A stretch of 64,000 nt of DNA. It comes from the human T2T-CHM13v2.0 reference genome, Homo sapiens. The stretch is taken from the NCBI RefSeq assembly GCF_009914755.1, contig NC_060927.1; one strand, given 5' to 3'. The translations under genes and the position numbers were made by a program. Under the pieces are notes generated by a model. The model saw only the letters and a program-made list of their open reading frames with translations, made no database searches and was not told the origin of the DNA. Positions 46,520 to 60,271 of this stretch are shown here, in pieces (within the stretch, counting starts at the first letter, position 1; each line of letters starts with the position of its first letter).

Positions 46520-46900
46520 TGCTATGGTTTGGCTTTGTGTCCTCACCCAAATCTCATGTCAAACTGTAATACTCACCTGTCTGGAGAAGGATCTGTTGGG
46601 AGGTGACTGCTTCATGGGGGAAGTTCCCCAATGTGGTTCTCCTGATCATGAGTGAGTTCTCATGAGATCTGATGGTTTAAAAGTTTGTGGCAGTTCCCCC
46701 TCACTCACTCTTCTCTCCTGACACCCTATAAGATGCGCCTTGCTTCCCTTCACCTTCTGCCATGATTGTAAGTTTCCTGAGACCATCCAGTCATGCTTCC
46801 TGTCAAGCCCGCAGAACTGTGAGCCAATTAAACCTCTTTTCTTCATAAATTACCCAGTCTCAGGGAGTTCTCTATAGTAGTGTGAAAATGAACGAATACA
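46520..46900 (+). mobile_element. THE1D/MSTA-like MaLR solo LTR
   Basis: TG...CA termini, perfect 5-bp TSD actag (46515-46519, 46901-46905), aattaaacctcttttcttcataaattacccagtctcagg. Inserted into an older MLT1-like remnant. Confidence 0.93.
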
Positions 46901-47884
46901 ACTAGCTACAGAGATATTTCATGCAACAGAACAGTCTGGGAAACAGAAAGTTAAATATGTACAAAGGACTCACAGGAAATGAAGAATACACTGTGATAGG
47001 AGAGAAAGAAAGATAGCAGATAGCTCTGACTTGTACTGGTATTTGTGACAAGACAAATTTTGGAGGGCTGAAAGAAGCTGAAACTGCATCCAACTGCTAT
47101 TTGAACCAATTACTGTTGCCAGGTTGAATAACCATTTGCTCATTTGTTGCTTACAGGAGCCATAAGCCAACAAAGAAGAAGCTAATCATTTTTTCCATTA
47201 CCTAGTGTCCCTAAGGGCACAAATAGCAGCAAGTCAGTTTAAAAGGACAAATGTCTGTAGATTCCCAGTTCCAGCATCACAGAGATAACTATAGAAAATG
47301 GGTGGATTTTGAGTTGAGTGAAAATAGCTTAATAAGTGGTACAGTTTTTCTGACCTATCATTTGAAAAGGTGTCCCCACATCTTGCCCCAGTTCTGGTAA
47401 CTAAGAACTAATGATACCCACTAACATTATTACACAGTGCATTGCAATTTACAAATTAATGGTTTCTCAAATGATGCTCCTTGACTGCAAATCTGTACTT
47501 GGTAACATTATTAGAACCATAGTTACATTAAAAGGAAGCCCTTGCGTTATTAATTTTGCCAGCATATATTTTACCCGCCACTATCTGCAACCACCAGAAA
47601 TAGGTTGCATTTTAGGGGCACCGATTTTGCTGGTTGATTTCCCCAGTGATGATTATTGGCTTGAAAACCACATACCTGTGACTAATCATCATCATTTCAT
47701 TCAAGGGAGCATCTTCTGCTGTTTGTCTTCAATTCTGCTCATCTCAAGAGCTGATTTTGTCCAAATGTAATCATCTAGCTCCAATTCCTAGTTCATTTCT
47801 GAAAACAAGTTGCCGAAGAAGTTCCATATCCAAGATAATTATATTTTTAAACCATTGGCAAAGGAAATAAGTTCAGCTTAACAG

Positions 47885-48335
47885 ATGTTTCATCTATTTA
47901 TTGCTATTAAACAAACATTCCACCTAACAACAACTTTATTAGGTCACATGGTTTTATGGGTCAGGACTTTGGGCAGGGCTTCTGTGAGCAATTCTTCTGC
48001 TCCATGCAAACCCCACTGGGGTCACACAGTACTCTTTAGCCATTGGGGTTGCCTGGAGGGTACACGATGGCTACAACCATAAGGCTGTCATCTCCAAGGC
48101 TCACTTCAGGTGGTTTCCTCCCTTTCAATGGAATTTTAGGGATTTTCCATGGTATCTCTGCAGCAGGGTAATGGGACATTTTTCATGTTGACTCAGGTGA
48201 GTCAGATCTCCAAGACCTGACTCAGGTAACTCAAGTCTCCAAGAAACAGAAACCAAGACAAAAGCTGTCAGTCCTCTTAAAAGCTAGATCCAGAGTTGGC
48301 ACAGAGTCACTTTGCAGTAATCAGTGGAAAGGAGA
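47885..48335 (-). mobile_element. MLT1 (MLT1H/I-like) LTR remnant
   Basis: tatttattgctattaaacaaac...tgggtcaggactttgggcagggc...gagttggcacagagtcacttt. Confidence 0.65.
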
Positions 48336-49214
48336 TATTCTTCATGTTGCCTATGCCTTACATAAGAGAGAATTTTGTAGAAGAGGCATCTTGCTTCACA
48401 CCTAAGCATTTAGGCAGAATTAATAAGATTCACACATGCTGATGAAAGGACTAATGAGGTTTTCTTGAACATGTCAGCCTTCTCAGAAACAAACAAACAA
48501 AAAAAATTAAAAACAGTCTATGAGTATGAAGTTTTGCTTTTCCGATAATTTCAAACCATAGGAAAAATAAGAAACATTGCCCATGTGCTAGACAATTTCT
48601 CAAATAGCAGTCTAAAATTGTATCTTAATTTCAAGATTGAGAAGTTGATCATAGCCATACATGAAGCTCCACATGAGTACAATCCAGGGAAAAGACTGTT
48701 CAATTCAGCCATATGGTGAGATTTAGTGCCTCCCTCAACAATGCAGAGAATATGGGACTTTCAAACAATATACTCAGGATTTAATTTGGGCTGCAAAATT
48801 TTAAGTCTTTTAACTTGTATCAGAAGTGTAGTCATCCCCATCTTTTAGCTTGCAACATCCTTAACTTGCTATTTGTCTCAATTCACCAAACCTTCCTGAT
48901 ATATCCCCATCCTTCTTTTAAGAAGCTTATTATTATCATTATTATTATTGTGCTTCAGTAAGAGGTGGGAAAGAAGTCTTCATTATGTAAAATGTGATAT
49001 ATAAATCTAAGTGGAGTGCTTCTAAAAGTAGAATGTCTGCCAAGTTCTCTAGCAGCTTCACCAGTGTATAATTAAGTACTCATTTAAAGTATATGTTTGT
49101 GTGAAGGGAGAGTGTGGAACTCAAAAATAGAATTTGTTGTGTTTTTCTTCTGTATTTTTAAATTATATGTTAGATTCTAGTTATGACAGCTATGGCTTTT
49201 AAAGTAACAAAACT

Positions 49215-51360
49215 GGATTTTCAATTCTAGTAATATGGTGGATAAAGGACCAGAGAAATCCTCTTGATACAGGATACATAAAAAGTCCTGCATAAAATGT
49301 AGGTCTAGTATGAAATAAGATAATCTTTAGAGGATAAAGATGGAAAGAAAAAGCAAATTTACAACAGTACTGAGGACTGATTATGTTATATTTCCTGGAG
49401 CATCTGATTTTCTCTGATGCTCTAAAGCTGATTTTTGAAATAGTTGTTTTTGTGGTAAACGGGACATGAAGCCTGAGATCCATGCAATGCAAGTGGGTTT
49501 AATATAAGACCCTAATATTAGGTCTGCATTTACAAAAGCCAACACCATAACTAAATTGAAGGATAAATAACACAGAGGGAGATGGACAAGACAGCTGAGT
49601 ATCTCATCTTTAGCTTTGAGTGGAGGGTAAGGTAAGATAAAAATGTTTATATAGAACTGTGTGTATATGTGTGTGTATACATGTATACATGCATGCACAC
49701 ATGCACACAAACATGTACACAAGTACTTTGTGAATTTCTAAACAAAATCATGATTTTATATAAGTTAGGGACATGTTTAAATATCTCTGTGTTAAAACCT
49801 TCTCAAAGCTGATAATTTAGTGTAAGGGCAGAAGGAAAACATAATTTAACACCAGGATTGAAAGATCTTTCACAGATGAGGTTTAAGTAAAGGTAATTTC
49901 ACAATAGTAGCAATGACAAAAGAATAAATAAAAAATATCCAATATACAAGAAAAAAATTACTGTGACGAAAGCTAATGAAGAAAAAAACCATGAAATTAA
50001 ATACATAAAGGCGGTGTATTCTGAATTCATCAGAGAGAAACTAAGTGTATTACCCATATTTAAAGATTATGTAATATTTAAATAAAGAAGGAATAAGTAA
50101 CCATCAAATTAACAGATATATTTGTAAAAGAGTTGAATAGATCTTGTAAAAATTATGTGTATATATGTAATTTTAATTTTATATACATAATATACATATA
50201 TGAACAATATATATGTAATTGAACAATCAATGAACCATTTCAGTATGGTGTTAGACACAGCAAAAAAGAGAAATAACAAGTGATATATTTTATAACGCAG
50301 AAAAACTGCAGATATAAACAGATGAAAAAATATATAAAACATATTAAGTGACACTTATGGGTGAGAGGGTCAAAAATAGAGACACATGAAGTTCTGAGGA
50401 GAAATCCTCAAATAGGAAGAGTTAATATTTAGAAAAATGATTACTGAGAATTTTCCAAAATTTATAAAACAAATAAATCATCGGATTCACAATGACTGAA
50501 GAACCTTATAAATCCAAAAGTTGAAAAGAAAATCAACTAAAATAAGACAACAAAATAAATCTACAGCAATATTTCATAATTTAAGTATAAAACCCCAAAG
50601 TAACAGAAAATATCTTACAAGTAGCCAGAAAGAAAAATACATTATAAGAAAATAAACAACATATAAACAGAGCTGACTTCTCAAAAGTATAAAAAGACAG
50701 AAATCGGGCCGGGCGTAGTGGCTCATGCCTGTAATCCCAGCACCTTGGGAGGCTGAGACGGGTGGACCATCTGAGATAGGGAGTTCCAGACCAGCCTGAC
50801 AAACATGGAGAAACCCTATCTCTACTAAAAATACAAAATTAGCCGGGCGCGGTGGTGCACGCCTGTAGTCCCAGCTTCTGGAGAGACTGAGAATCGCTTG
50901 AACTCAGGAGGTGGAGGTTGCAGTGAGCCGACATCGCACCACTGAACTCCAGCCTGGCAACAGAGCGAGATTCCATCTCAAAAAAAAAACAAAAGCAAAG
51001 ACAAAAACAAAACAAAACAAAACACAAATAGGTTTAACAATATTGTCAAAATACTGAAAGAAAATAATTGAAATACTGGAAATATATTTAACTTTACATT
51101 GGCGGTATAATGATAACATTTTTAAAAACTGAACATTGCTCTTTAAAGACTCATTGATAGAGCATCTAAAAATGTACATTTGAGATTAAAGAAGCACTGT
51201 AAAGCAAGAGAAATAGTAAATATGTGGATAAAATATAAGAAAATGTTTATAGTGTCTTTTGGTGTTAAAATTTATAAGATACATTTTAAATGTGCACAAT
51301 CTAAAACGTGTAAATAAGGAAGGTGTTCAATTGTGAATTAACATATTCTAAGCTCTTCAT
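49215..51360 (+). mobile_element. Ancient L1ME/HAL1-like 5' and ORF1 remnants
   Basis: ttctagtaatatggtgga start-like motif, actgagaattttccaaaatt, aatatcttacaagtagccagaaag, agctgacttctca. Confidence 0.5.
50707..51025 (+). mobile_element. AluSp/Sq-like SINE with (AAAAC)n tail
   Basis: gaccagcctgacaaacatggagaaacc diagnostic, short deletion in right arm. Confidence 0.93.
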
Positions 51361-52516
51361 TGGAACTTTAGAATTGCTCATGTGTCTCTTAAATTTTCAT
51401 CAGCATTATTATCTTTTTCCTGCCTGAATTTGCACATTTTCTTATTGAACTAGTCCGTCCCATTTTCCTAATCATGCCTTCTGCTGTGACTAATATTTTT
51501 TAAATACATTTCTTAATTTGGATATTGTATTTTTCATTTTTGGAATACCAGTTTGATTCTTTAATACAGCTCCAATTCTTTGTTTAAATTCATCCATGTT
51601 ATCTACCTTTTCCTCTATTTCCTTAAACATAATAATCATGTATTTTTAAAATTCATTATCCGCTACTTCCAATATCTGGATTATCTCTGGCCTGTGTATA
51701 CTGTCAGCCCTTTCTTTCAAACATCAGTTATGTTCAATTTTCTCTTTGCCCAATTTTCAGATTAGCCCACCTGGGATTTTGATACAGAGTCTTGTGGATC
51801 CTCAGCCTTGTGGGGAATTCAAAATTCAAACAGCAGGAGACAATGTTCTGCCATTCAGAGTTTCCAGTGCAGTTGCTTGTCTCCTAATCCACGTAGTTTA
51901 AGATATAGGAATGTCTTGGGTTAAAACAAGAATTGTGTTTGATGACTTCTGCCTTGTAAGACTCACAGGTCTTTGCTTCCCAAACCTCACAGACCAGACG
52001 AGATTATTCTGACTTTTAGAAACTTTCACCTTAAATCCCTAGCTTCACAAGCAGCAGCAAACCCCAGCCAATATGCCATGGGAAAAACTGACCATGATTT
52101 CTGTTGCCTCAAATTTCTAATTCGTCATGCTAACACTAATAACTGTTCAATCATTTGCTTGTTTCTTTTACCCCTAGCAGAGGTTTTCTGCCTGAATAAG
52201 GAGGATCCATAATTCGAATCTAAAAACAGGAGATTACCCCAGGACATTTTTAAGTTGGAGATGTTCATTTTGCCTCAGAAAAATTCTCTCTTTTCTGAAA
52301 TTTTAATTTCTAATTCTGATTGCTTACATAGTTCTATGATGCCTTTAAATAATTAAATTTATAATTCAACTTCCTAGTTGTAAACGTGTTGTTCTGCCAT
52401 GAGCTTCTGAATCCAACCCAGAATTCTTGTGAGCCTCTTAAGACTAAGAATATTGAAGCACATTTTCATATATTTACTGACCGTTTGGATATCTTATTTG
52501 TATTGCTGAGCTTTTC

Positions 52517-52552
<36 letters not shown>

Positions 52553-52564
52553 ATATATATATAT
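52517..52564. repeat. (TA)n/(TATG)n microsatellite
   Basis: Seen directly. Confidence 0.95.
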
Positions 52565-53311
52565 TTTCTTATTGATTTACAAGCTTTTAAAAGTATACTA
52601 AATATGATTCAGTTGATGTTTATATATCTTGCAAATATCTTCTCCTGACCTAAAGCTTGACTTTTTACTTCCTTAATTGGTAAACAGAAAATTATAATTT
52701 AGTTCAACTTGCAAACAGTTTTCTTCATAGTGATATGTGAGTCTAGTTTAATATAACTTTTCCTATCTCATGATCATGAATATATTCTTCATTGCTGCCT
52801 CTTTGAAGGTTTATTGATCTATTATCCTCTTTTAGATAAAAAACTCACCAGAAATGATTTCATATGGTATAATGACCAAGGTATGCTACATTATTATTCT
52901 ATGTACATATCCAAAGGATCCAATGCAATTTGGTGAAAAGGCTGCCTTTTCCTACTCTTCTACTTGCCAACTGTATAATAAATCAAATGTTCATATTCAT
53001 GTGTGAGTCTATTACCAAACTCTATTGTGTCTCATTTGGCAGTTTGTCTATTCTTCGGCAAACATTATGCTGTCTTAATTAACTTTAAATTTATTATGTA
53101 TTCATATAAAGTATAATAAGTCTTCCAACTTAATTCATCAAGATAGCCTCTTTAGATGCTTCAATAGCTTTCTTAGTCCAGCCTATTTTTGTTTCTGTAT
53201 GTATTAAGGTAATATTTATTCAGTAAAATGCACACGACGGTAAGCACAGAGCTCTATTAATATTTACCTACATATACAACGATATAACTACTACAATAAG
53301 CTTGTCAGCTT

Positions 53312-53346
53312 ACACACACACACACACACATACACACACACACACA
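53312..53346. repeat. (CA)n microsatellite
   Basis: Seen directly, one interruption. Confidence 0.95.
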
Positions 53347-53389
53347 ATACCTGTGGAGATTTTGTATGTGTTTCGTGATAGATTGACCA

Positions 53390-53892
53390 TTTTGGTCCTA
53401 TTTGGTCATATCTCTAAATCCATGCAATGTTACTCTGCAGTTCATCTCTCCAAAAAAAAATATAGTTTGTTTCCATTCCTCTAAAATCTGAGTTGTCTTC
53501 ATTACTTACATGGCCCAAGATGTAGTGAGTTAACACTGTGTCAGTCACCCAAGTGATGCTGTGCCAGTCCAAGCCTAGGCCTCAAGAGATACTGTGTGGT
53601 TCCACACTGCCTCATGAACAATTTATTATCATAAAAGCACTTCCAGGCTAGTCTATATTAGGGATATAAGAGCAGAGCCACATTGCTCTAGCCAGCAGTC
53701 AGTCAACCTCCAGAAGCAGAGCTGCCTAACTGTAGAAGCATGATGAAGCCTAGCTGAGATAAACAGCATCCAGCTAGACCCACAGGCCAATCCATAGTAA
53801 AATGAGCTTCACAGGTGATTGTTACTTTATATCACCATATTTTGGAAGCACTTCTTTTCAGGGCATTATTTTGGCAATATGTGACCAATATA
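53390..53892 (+). mobile_element. MLT1 LTR remnant
   Basis: aagtgatgctgtgccagtccaagcctaggcctcaagag...gttactttatatcaccatattttgg. Confidence 0.65.
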
Positions 53893-54209
53893 ATAACTGG
53901 CATCTTCATAATATTGAATCCTCTATATCATAAACATAATTACTCTTAGTGTACTATTAATTCAAATCTTTAACTTCTCTTAATAAAATGATTGTGTACC
54001 TATGTATGTGTGTGTATATGTGTAGGGATCTTACATATATCCTTTTAGATTTACTTCTTTATATTTAATAATTTTTATGCTATGTCAAATTATGTCTTTT
54101 ACATTCCATTATCATTTCAGTATATTTTTGTATTATACCCATATAATATACATAGTAATTGTGTATTGACATTGCACTCCATAAAATTGTTAAATTCAGT
54201 TATTCAGTA

Positions 54210-54730
54210 TACTGGGTATATACCAAAAGGAATATAAATCATGCTGGTATAAAGACACATGCACACATATGTTTATTGCGGCACTATTCACAACAGCAAA
54301 GACTTGGAACCAACCCAAATGTCCAACAATGATAGACTGGATTAAGAAAATGTGGCACATATACACCATGGAATACTATGCAGCCATAAAAAATGAGGAG
54401 TTCATGTCCTTTGTAGGGACATGGATGAAGCTGGAAACCATCATTCTCAGCAAACTATCGCAAGGACAAAAAACCAAACACCACATGTTCTCACTCATAG
54501 GTGGGAATTGAACAATGAGAACACTTGGACACAGGAAGGGGAACATCACACAATGGGGCCTGTTGTGGGGTGGGGGGAGGTGAGAGGGATAGCATTAGGA
54601 GATATACCTAATGTAAATGACGAGTTAATGGGTGCAGCACACCAACATGGCACATGTATACATATGTAACAAACCTGCACGTTGTGCACATGTACCCTAG
54701 AACTTAAAGTATAATAAATATATATATAAA
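54210..54730 (+). mobile_element. 5'-truncated L1PA5-like 3' end
   Basis: ORF2 C-terminus (MFIAALFT...FSLIGGN), 3'UTR aatgtaaatgacgag and ccctagaac diagnostics, (TA)n tail. Confidence 0.93.
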
Positions 54731-56435
54731 AGCAATATATTTAAGAATTTTTTACTGTCTATGTAAAAATAATCTTTGCAGTTAATGACAATCTTCTTTA
54801 TTTGTTTTCAATCCATTTATCTTTTAAATATTCTTTTTGCTTTATGGTCCTGGCATAGATTTCTAGTCCAATGAAGAACCAACCATTGAAATGATGTTTT
54901 TGTCAATTGTTCATAGACACTCCATATCAGATTAAGGAAGTACTCTCTTTTATTTCTGGGTTTCTAAAATTTAATTTGTAAGCTAAATTGCTGATAAATT
55001 ATATCAAATCCTCATTTTGTACATACAAAATAATTATATTATTTTGCATCCATGTCCATGTCTATATGTCTCCTCTTTTCTGTATTATTTTCGGGTGTTG
55101 AGTGTCAGAGTTCTGCTGTCCTCATAGAATCAGCCGAGAAGACTTTATGTATCTGGAAGAATTTACCATTAAAGACATTTAAGCACAGAATTGTCTGTGT
55201 TAAAATGACTTAATTGTAGAATCAAGTAACTACAGAATAAGTTGATATTTTGTTTCTTCTTGTATCTGTTTTTAAAATTTACTTTTTGTAAATTTTCAGT
55301 TGTGTTTGTTTCATAATATGTCTTTTTAATGTCAAAATAATCCATAATTTTGCCTCAATTTTTCTTCCTGATATCTGTCACTTTTTAAAAAAATATGTCT
55401 TGGAAAATGTTTATGACTTAGTAATCTTTTAAAGCATATCCATTTGATTTTAGTGGTCTTTTCTAGTATTGTTCTATATTATATTAATGAATACTTATAT
55501 ATTATTTTCTTCCCTCCATTTAAGTTTAATTTCCTATGCTAATTCTAACTTTTGTAGATGATTAATTTTTAACCTTTCTCTTCTTATAATATATACATTT
55601 AAGGCTCTATATGCCTTTCTAACCACATCTTTATTTTCCAGCTTTTCTCATATACAGTATTTTTCTGTCACTGAATTTAATGTTTAGAATATTGTTTAAT
55701 AGCAATTGTTAATCTTTTATCCATTCATTATTTACAACCAGTATTGCTAAATTTCTTATTATTTTTTAGTGTTTATGTTTCCCTAATGGTTATCAATCTC
55801 TGTTTAATTCGATTTCATGAGAGAACATTTTAGTATAATTTCAATCAAGTGAAGTTTATTGAAATTTGCTTTATGGTCCAGTATATTGTTAATTTTTGTA
55901 AATATCTTATGTGCACTTACAAAATATGTATTCTTCAGTTTTAAGGAGTGGTCATTTATATTTCAAGTACATTTAATTGTGTTGCACATATCTAGTATAC
56001 GACTCTTTTTTTTTTTTTTGCATTTATTTGATGAGTTACTAAGAGATGTGTGTCGAAATCATCCACTATGTTTTCAATTGCTATGGTGGGAAGAAGGAAT
56101 GTCCAAGAGCTGCAATATAACTTTTGGTGGTGATAGATATGTTCATCATTTTGATCGTAATTGTCATATGGTGTATACATATATTAAATATTATCATACA
56201 ATATACTTTAAATATGCTAAATGTGTTGTATATAAACTACATCTCCATAAAGGTGTTAAAATGAGCCACTATATTTTACCACCTAATAAAGGAGAAAATC
56301 CAGATGATCATCTTAATAGATACAAAAAAATTTTGATTAATTTTAACATTAATTTGTAAAATAATGTTATTAGATAATAATGTATATTAGAACTTTACAT
56401 AAAATTTCTTAATCTATTTTAGAAAATAGGATGTA

Positions 56436-56461
56436 CACACAGACACACACACACACACACA
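56436..56461. repeat. (CA)n microsatellite
   Basis: Seen directly. Confidence 0.9.
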
Positions 56462-56676
56462 TACCACTATTTAGTGGCAAAATATTCAAAACCATTCCCA
56501 ATGGAATGAGTTAAGTTCACTTGATATTGCTACATATATCAAACACAGTATTATTAAACCTAGATACAGTTAGCTATATAAAAAGTAGTAACTTAATAAA
56601 TATTGATGGATAAGTAAATAAATTCATAGGTAGAGGGTAAGACAAATGTGTTTAGAAGAATACTTCCAATCTTTAG

Positions 56677-56873
56677 CAGACTTTCTCAACTGCAGTTCTT
56701 GAGAAAAGTGTGCCTGAATACCCTAAGTCATCAACTATGTGTAAAGAATAAACTTATCTCCCATGCATGTTGACTGGCACGGATTCTGTACCATCCTTGG
56801 AAGAACCTAATTGTTCTGCCATCATTTTCTGTGTACCAAGGCTTAGATTAAGAATTCTGGGTGAGTAAGGCTA
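56677..56873. mobile_element. MER112-like hAT-Charlie non-autonomous DNA transposon
   Basis: Termini cagactttctcaac ... ggtgagtaaggcta (degenerate TIRs), internal gtaccatccttggaagaa and atcattttctgtgt. Confidence 0.6.
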
Positions 56874-57640
56874 ATAGAAGCAAGGACTCAAGATTCTAAT
56901 GAACATTTGTGCAGATTTCTAAGTACTGTATGTCTACGAGTAATTCGTATGTTTTGTGAATTTTCTTGAAAAGTTGACTTTTTTTGAAGAATTTTCTTGT
57001 TGACAAGACAGAACACCATGTGCTGGCACCTAAAAGGTAATAAAAGAGCCATCGACCACTTTACTAAAAGATCCTCAAGGGTATTTATAAATGTTTCCTT
57101 TAAGGAGTGACTATGTCTTGTTCTGAATTTCCTCCACCTGCTCAAAAAGTCTTGGAAATAGTTCACTGCCCTCAGTAAGTTTTGTCAGCAAGAGAGAAAG
57201 TTTGTAAGTTAATGCTCAAATGCAGCAATCATTACTTGTTATTTTTAATTTAATTTTAGTATAAATTAACTTATCTCTGTGCAACTATCATTAAAGCTAA
57301 TAACCCTAAAAAGGATTAAGATTAGAAAGTAATGCTGTCAGTGACAAAGCTCATTAACAGCCTACAAGCTGATGAACTACATCTAGGATAATTGGCCTAA
57401 TTATAATACATTTGTTTCTTTAGCCAGGTATTCCTTGCTTCACTCTCTACTGATTACTTATGGGTCTCAGTTTGGCCAATTAACTTTCTCTTCCCACTCT
57501 ATCCATTTCTAAAATTGATAGTGTATAGCTTAGGTGTGACTTGCTGTCAGTGTGCCTGTGCTCTGGATAGTTAAGGGCTGAATTAAGAAGACAAGAAGTA
57601 GAGAGACAGAGGTAGCTTTATCCTAGAATGCAGGACATAA

Positions 57641-58032
<392 letters not shown>

Positions 58033-58578
58033 TGTTAACATGCATTTAAACCTTAACAGTACCGTAGACTTCTGATATATTCTAGCCTATTCATTCTCAC
58101 AAAGCATTTTAAATTATTTTATTTTTATGATAAGTAACAGGCCACCCAACTACAACTGGCTTAACAAAAAAAATAGTTTACATTTTATGTAAAATGTAGT
58201 CTGGAATTAGAGAATTACACATTTGGAAAAGTAGCTAACGAATAACTCTAAGGAACACTTTGCTTAAGTTCTCTACCATCCTCAGGATATCAGTTTTTAT
58301 TTCCTTTGTCTATAGTCCTTTATAGTTTTAGGATGGCTTCCATAGGCTAGAAACAGGACAGAAACCAGGACAATGAAAGCAAATCATCACATGATTTCCC
58401 CTTCTATTACCAGAAAAAAATCCCAGAAGAACTTATCTTACATCTCATTGGCCAAAAAATGATGATCCATTCATGCACAGATGAGCGGGAGATTGGTATA
58501 ACACCTGAATTTTTCATTATTTGTCAAAAGAAAGGCTTAGAATAAAAGGTGCTCAGTAATGACTTCTGACTATCCAAC

Positions 58579-59003
58579 TGCTTACCTTTGAATATATGTA
58601 TACCTCCAAAATTCATGTGCTGGAACTTAAACCCCAATGTGATAGCATTAAAAGATAGGACCTTTAGGAGATAATTGAGTCATGAGGTCAGAGCACTCAT
58701 GAATGGAATTAGCCACCTTATGAAAGGGCTGAAAGGAACTATCTAGGCCCTTTATACCCTTTCATTCCTTTTTTCTCTTCCATTCCTTCACCCCATAAAG
58801 ACATAGTGTTCATATCCTCCCCTCGATGAGGCAACAAGGTACCATCTTGGAAGCAGAGACTAGGTCCTTACCAGACACTGAACCTACTGGCTCCTTGATC
58901 ATGGAAGTTCCAGCCTTCAGAACTGTGAGAAAACAAAATTCTATTATTTATAAATTACCTAGTCTGGGACATTTTGTTATAGCAGCAACGATGGACTAAG
59001 ACA
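58579..59003 (+). mobile_element. MST (MSTB/MSTC-like) MaLR solo LTR
   Basis: TG...CA termini, perfect TSD ccaac (58574-58578, 59004-59008), ccatcttggaagcagagac, gttatagcagca...ggactaagaca. Confidence 0.9.
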
Positions 59004-59191
59004 CCAACTGAAAGTGTAAGCAGGAATACAGTCCCTTTTCTAGTAAGTGGAAATCTCTATGGAACTTTGTTTCTCTCTGCTTATCTTGATTATATGGTGT
59101 AAATTTCACAGAGGGACAAATTTGAATTAAAGTACTTGGAGGTGTGTCAGTGTTTTCAGCTGAGTTCTTATTGAATATTAAGGTCCACTAT

Positions 59192-59318
59192 AATGAGAAT
59201 GATCAAGTAATCCATTGTCCATAATACACGTTTGAGAGTGAAAAGGGGACTAGTAATAATTATGCTTGGACAAGTGAGAGCTCAGCAAACCAAGCAAACT
59301 GGTCCATAAGGTCACCTT
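59192..59318. mobile_element. MER94-like hAT-Blackjack remnant
   Basis: tttgagagtgaaaaggggactagtaataattatg...gcaaactgg...ggtcacctt. Confidence 0.65.
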
Positions 59319-60271
59319 ATTTTTAATAACCATATTTACATTTCAAAGCCACAGTATCAGTGACTCCTGACTGTTGATTTTATCACCGATACAGGAAAAA
59401 GTGACATAATTAAAAACAGAAAAAAATAGGCCTATGTGCAATTTTGAGAAAAATGTAAAATTCCTAATTCAATAATTGATAGAACCAATAAAATGCTGCA
59501 CCGGTTTTTCCTGTCTGAAGCTCATTTCTCATATTTTGCATGGCTGACTAAAGCACTCTAATCAATTATGTTTTCTTAGCATATTGTCTCATCCTAAACA
59601 AACTTCCTTAAGAAATCATTTATAGGAGCCAAAATTGACTAATATTTTCCCATGTTTACATTCTGCATAGAATGCATTAGAGTTAGATATTTTTGTTATT
59701 TATTTAATCACTGCTAGTCACTCCCCTGCTCAAATGTAAGCTCCTGAGAGCAGTATTTTCTGCCTTCCTAACTGTTGTTCCCCAATTTTTTGACCAGTGT
59801 TTCAAAAAGAGGATGTACACAATAAATATGTCTTGAATGAATAGATGCCTGAATCAACAGTGATAAGCTCATTAAAAAATAGAATAAAATTGGTCAGACT
59901 CTAATGAAGAGACACAATATAACATAAATATTTAAAGAAAAGCTGCATAATGAAAAAAATTTTTAATGTGTGTGTAAGAGAATACAGACTACAACCACAT
60001 GAACAGAAAAAAATTAAGAATTTAAAGAAATATAAATGTGCTAACTCCTTCACCTTCCATAGCAGGAGATTAAAAGTTGACAATCTACAAAATATAAATT
60101 TCAGCCTATTATTACAAAATAGAAAGGCAACCATTCATAAACTAAAATTCAGACTCTACACATTTAAAATAACTCGAAGAGGGATAAAAGAAAGCAAGCA
60201 TAAATAATATAGAAATATAACAAATATGGCAAATATTGATACAAAGAAATTAAACAAATTAATCTAAAAAC

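Larger units (their letters stand above)
51365..56075 (-). mobile_element. Patchwork of decayed antisense L1M/L1ME fragments interrupted by younger elements
   Basis: cttgcaaatatcttctcc, aatcaaatgttcatattcatgtgtgagtctatt, catatcagattaaggaagt, gctttatggtccagtatat. Internal boundaries not resolved. Confidence 0.55.

Noticed and set aside
55859-56359. 166-aa ORF (and other 60-140 aa AT-rich ORFs such as 5989..6318 and 19525..19941)
   Set aside because: They cross boundaries of decayed L1/MLT1 fragments, have low-complexity composition and show no protein family resemblance.
56676-56713. Imperfect hairpin gcagactttctcaa...ttgagaaaagtgtgc
   Set aside because: Lies at the terminus of a MER112-like element and is largely explained by its TIR/subterminal sequence.
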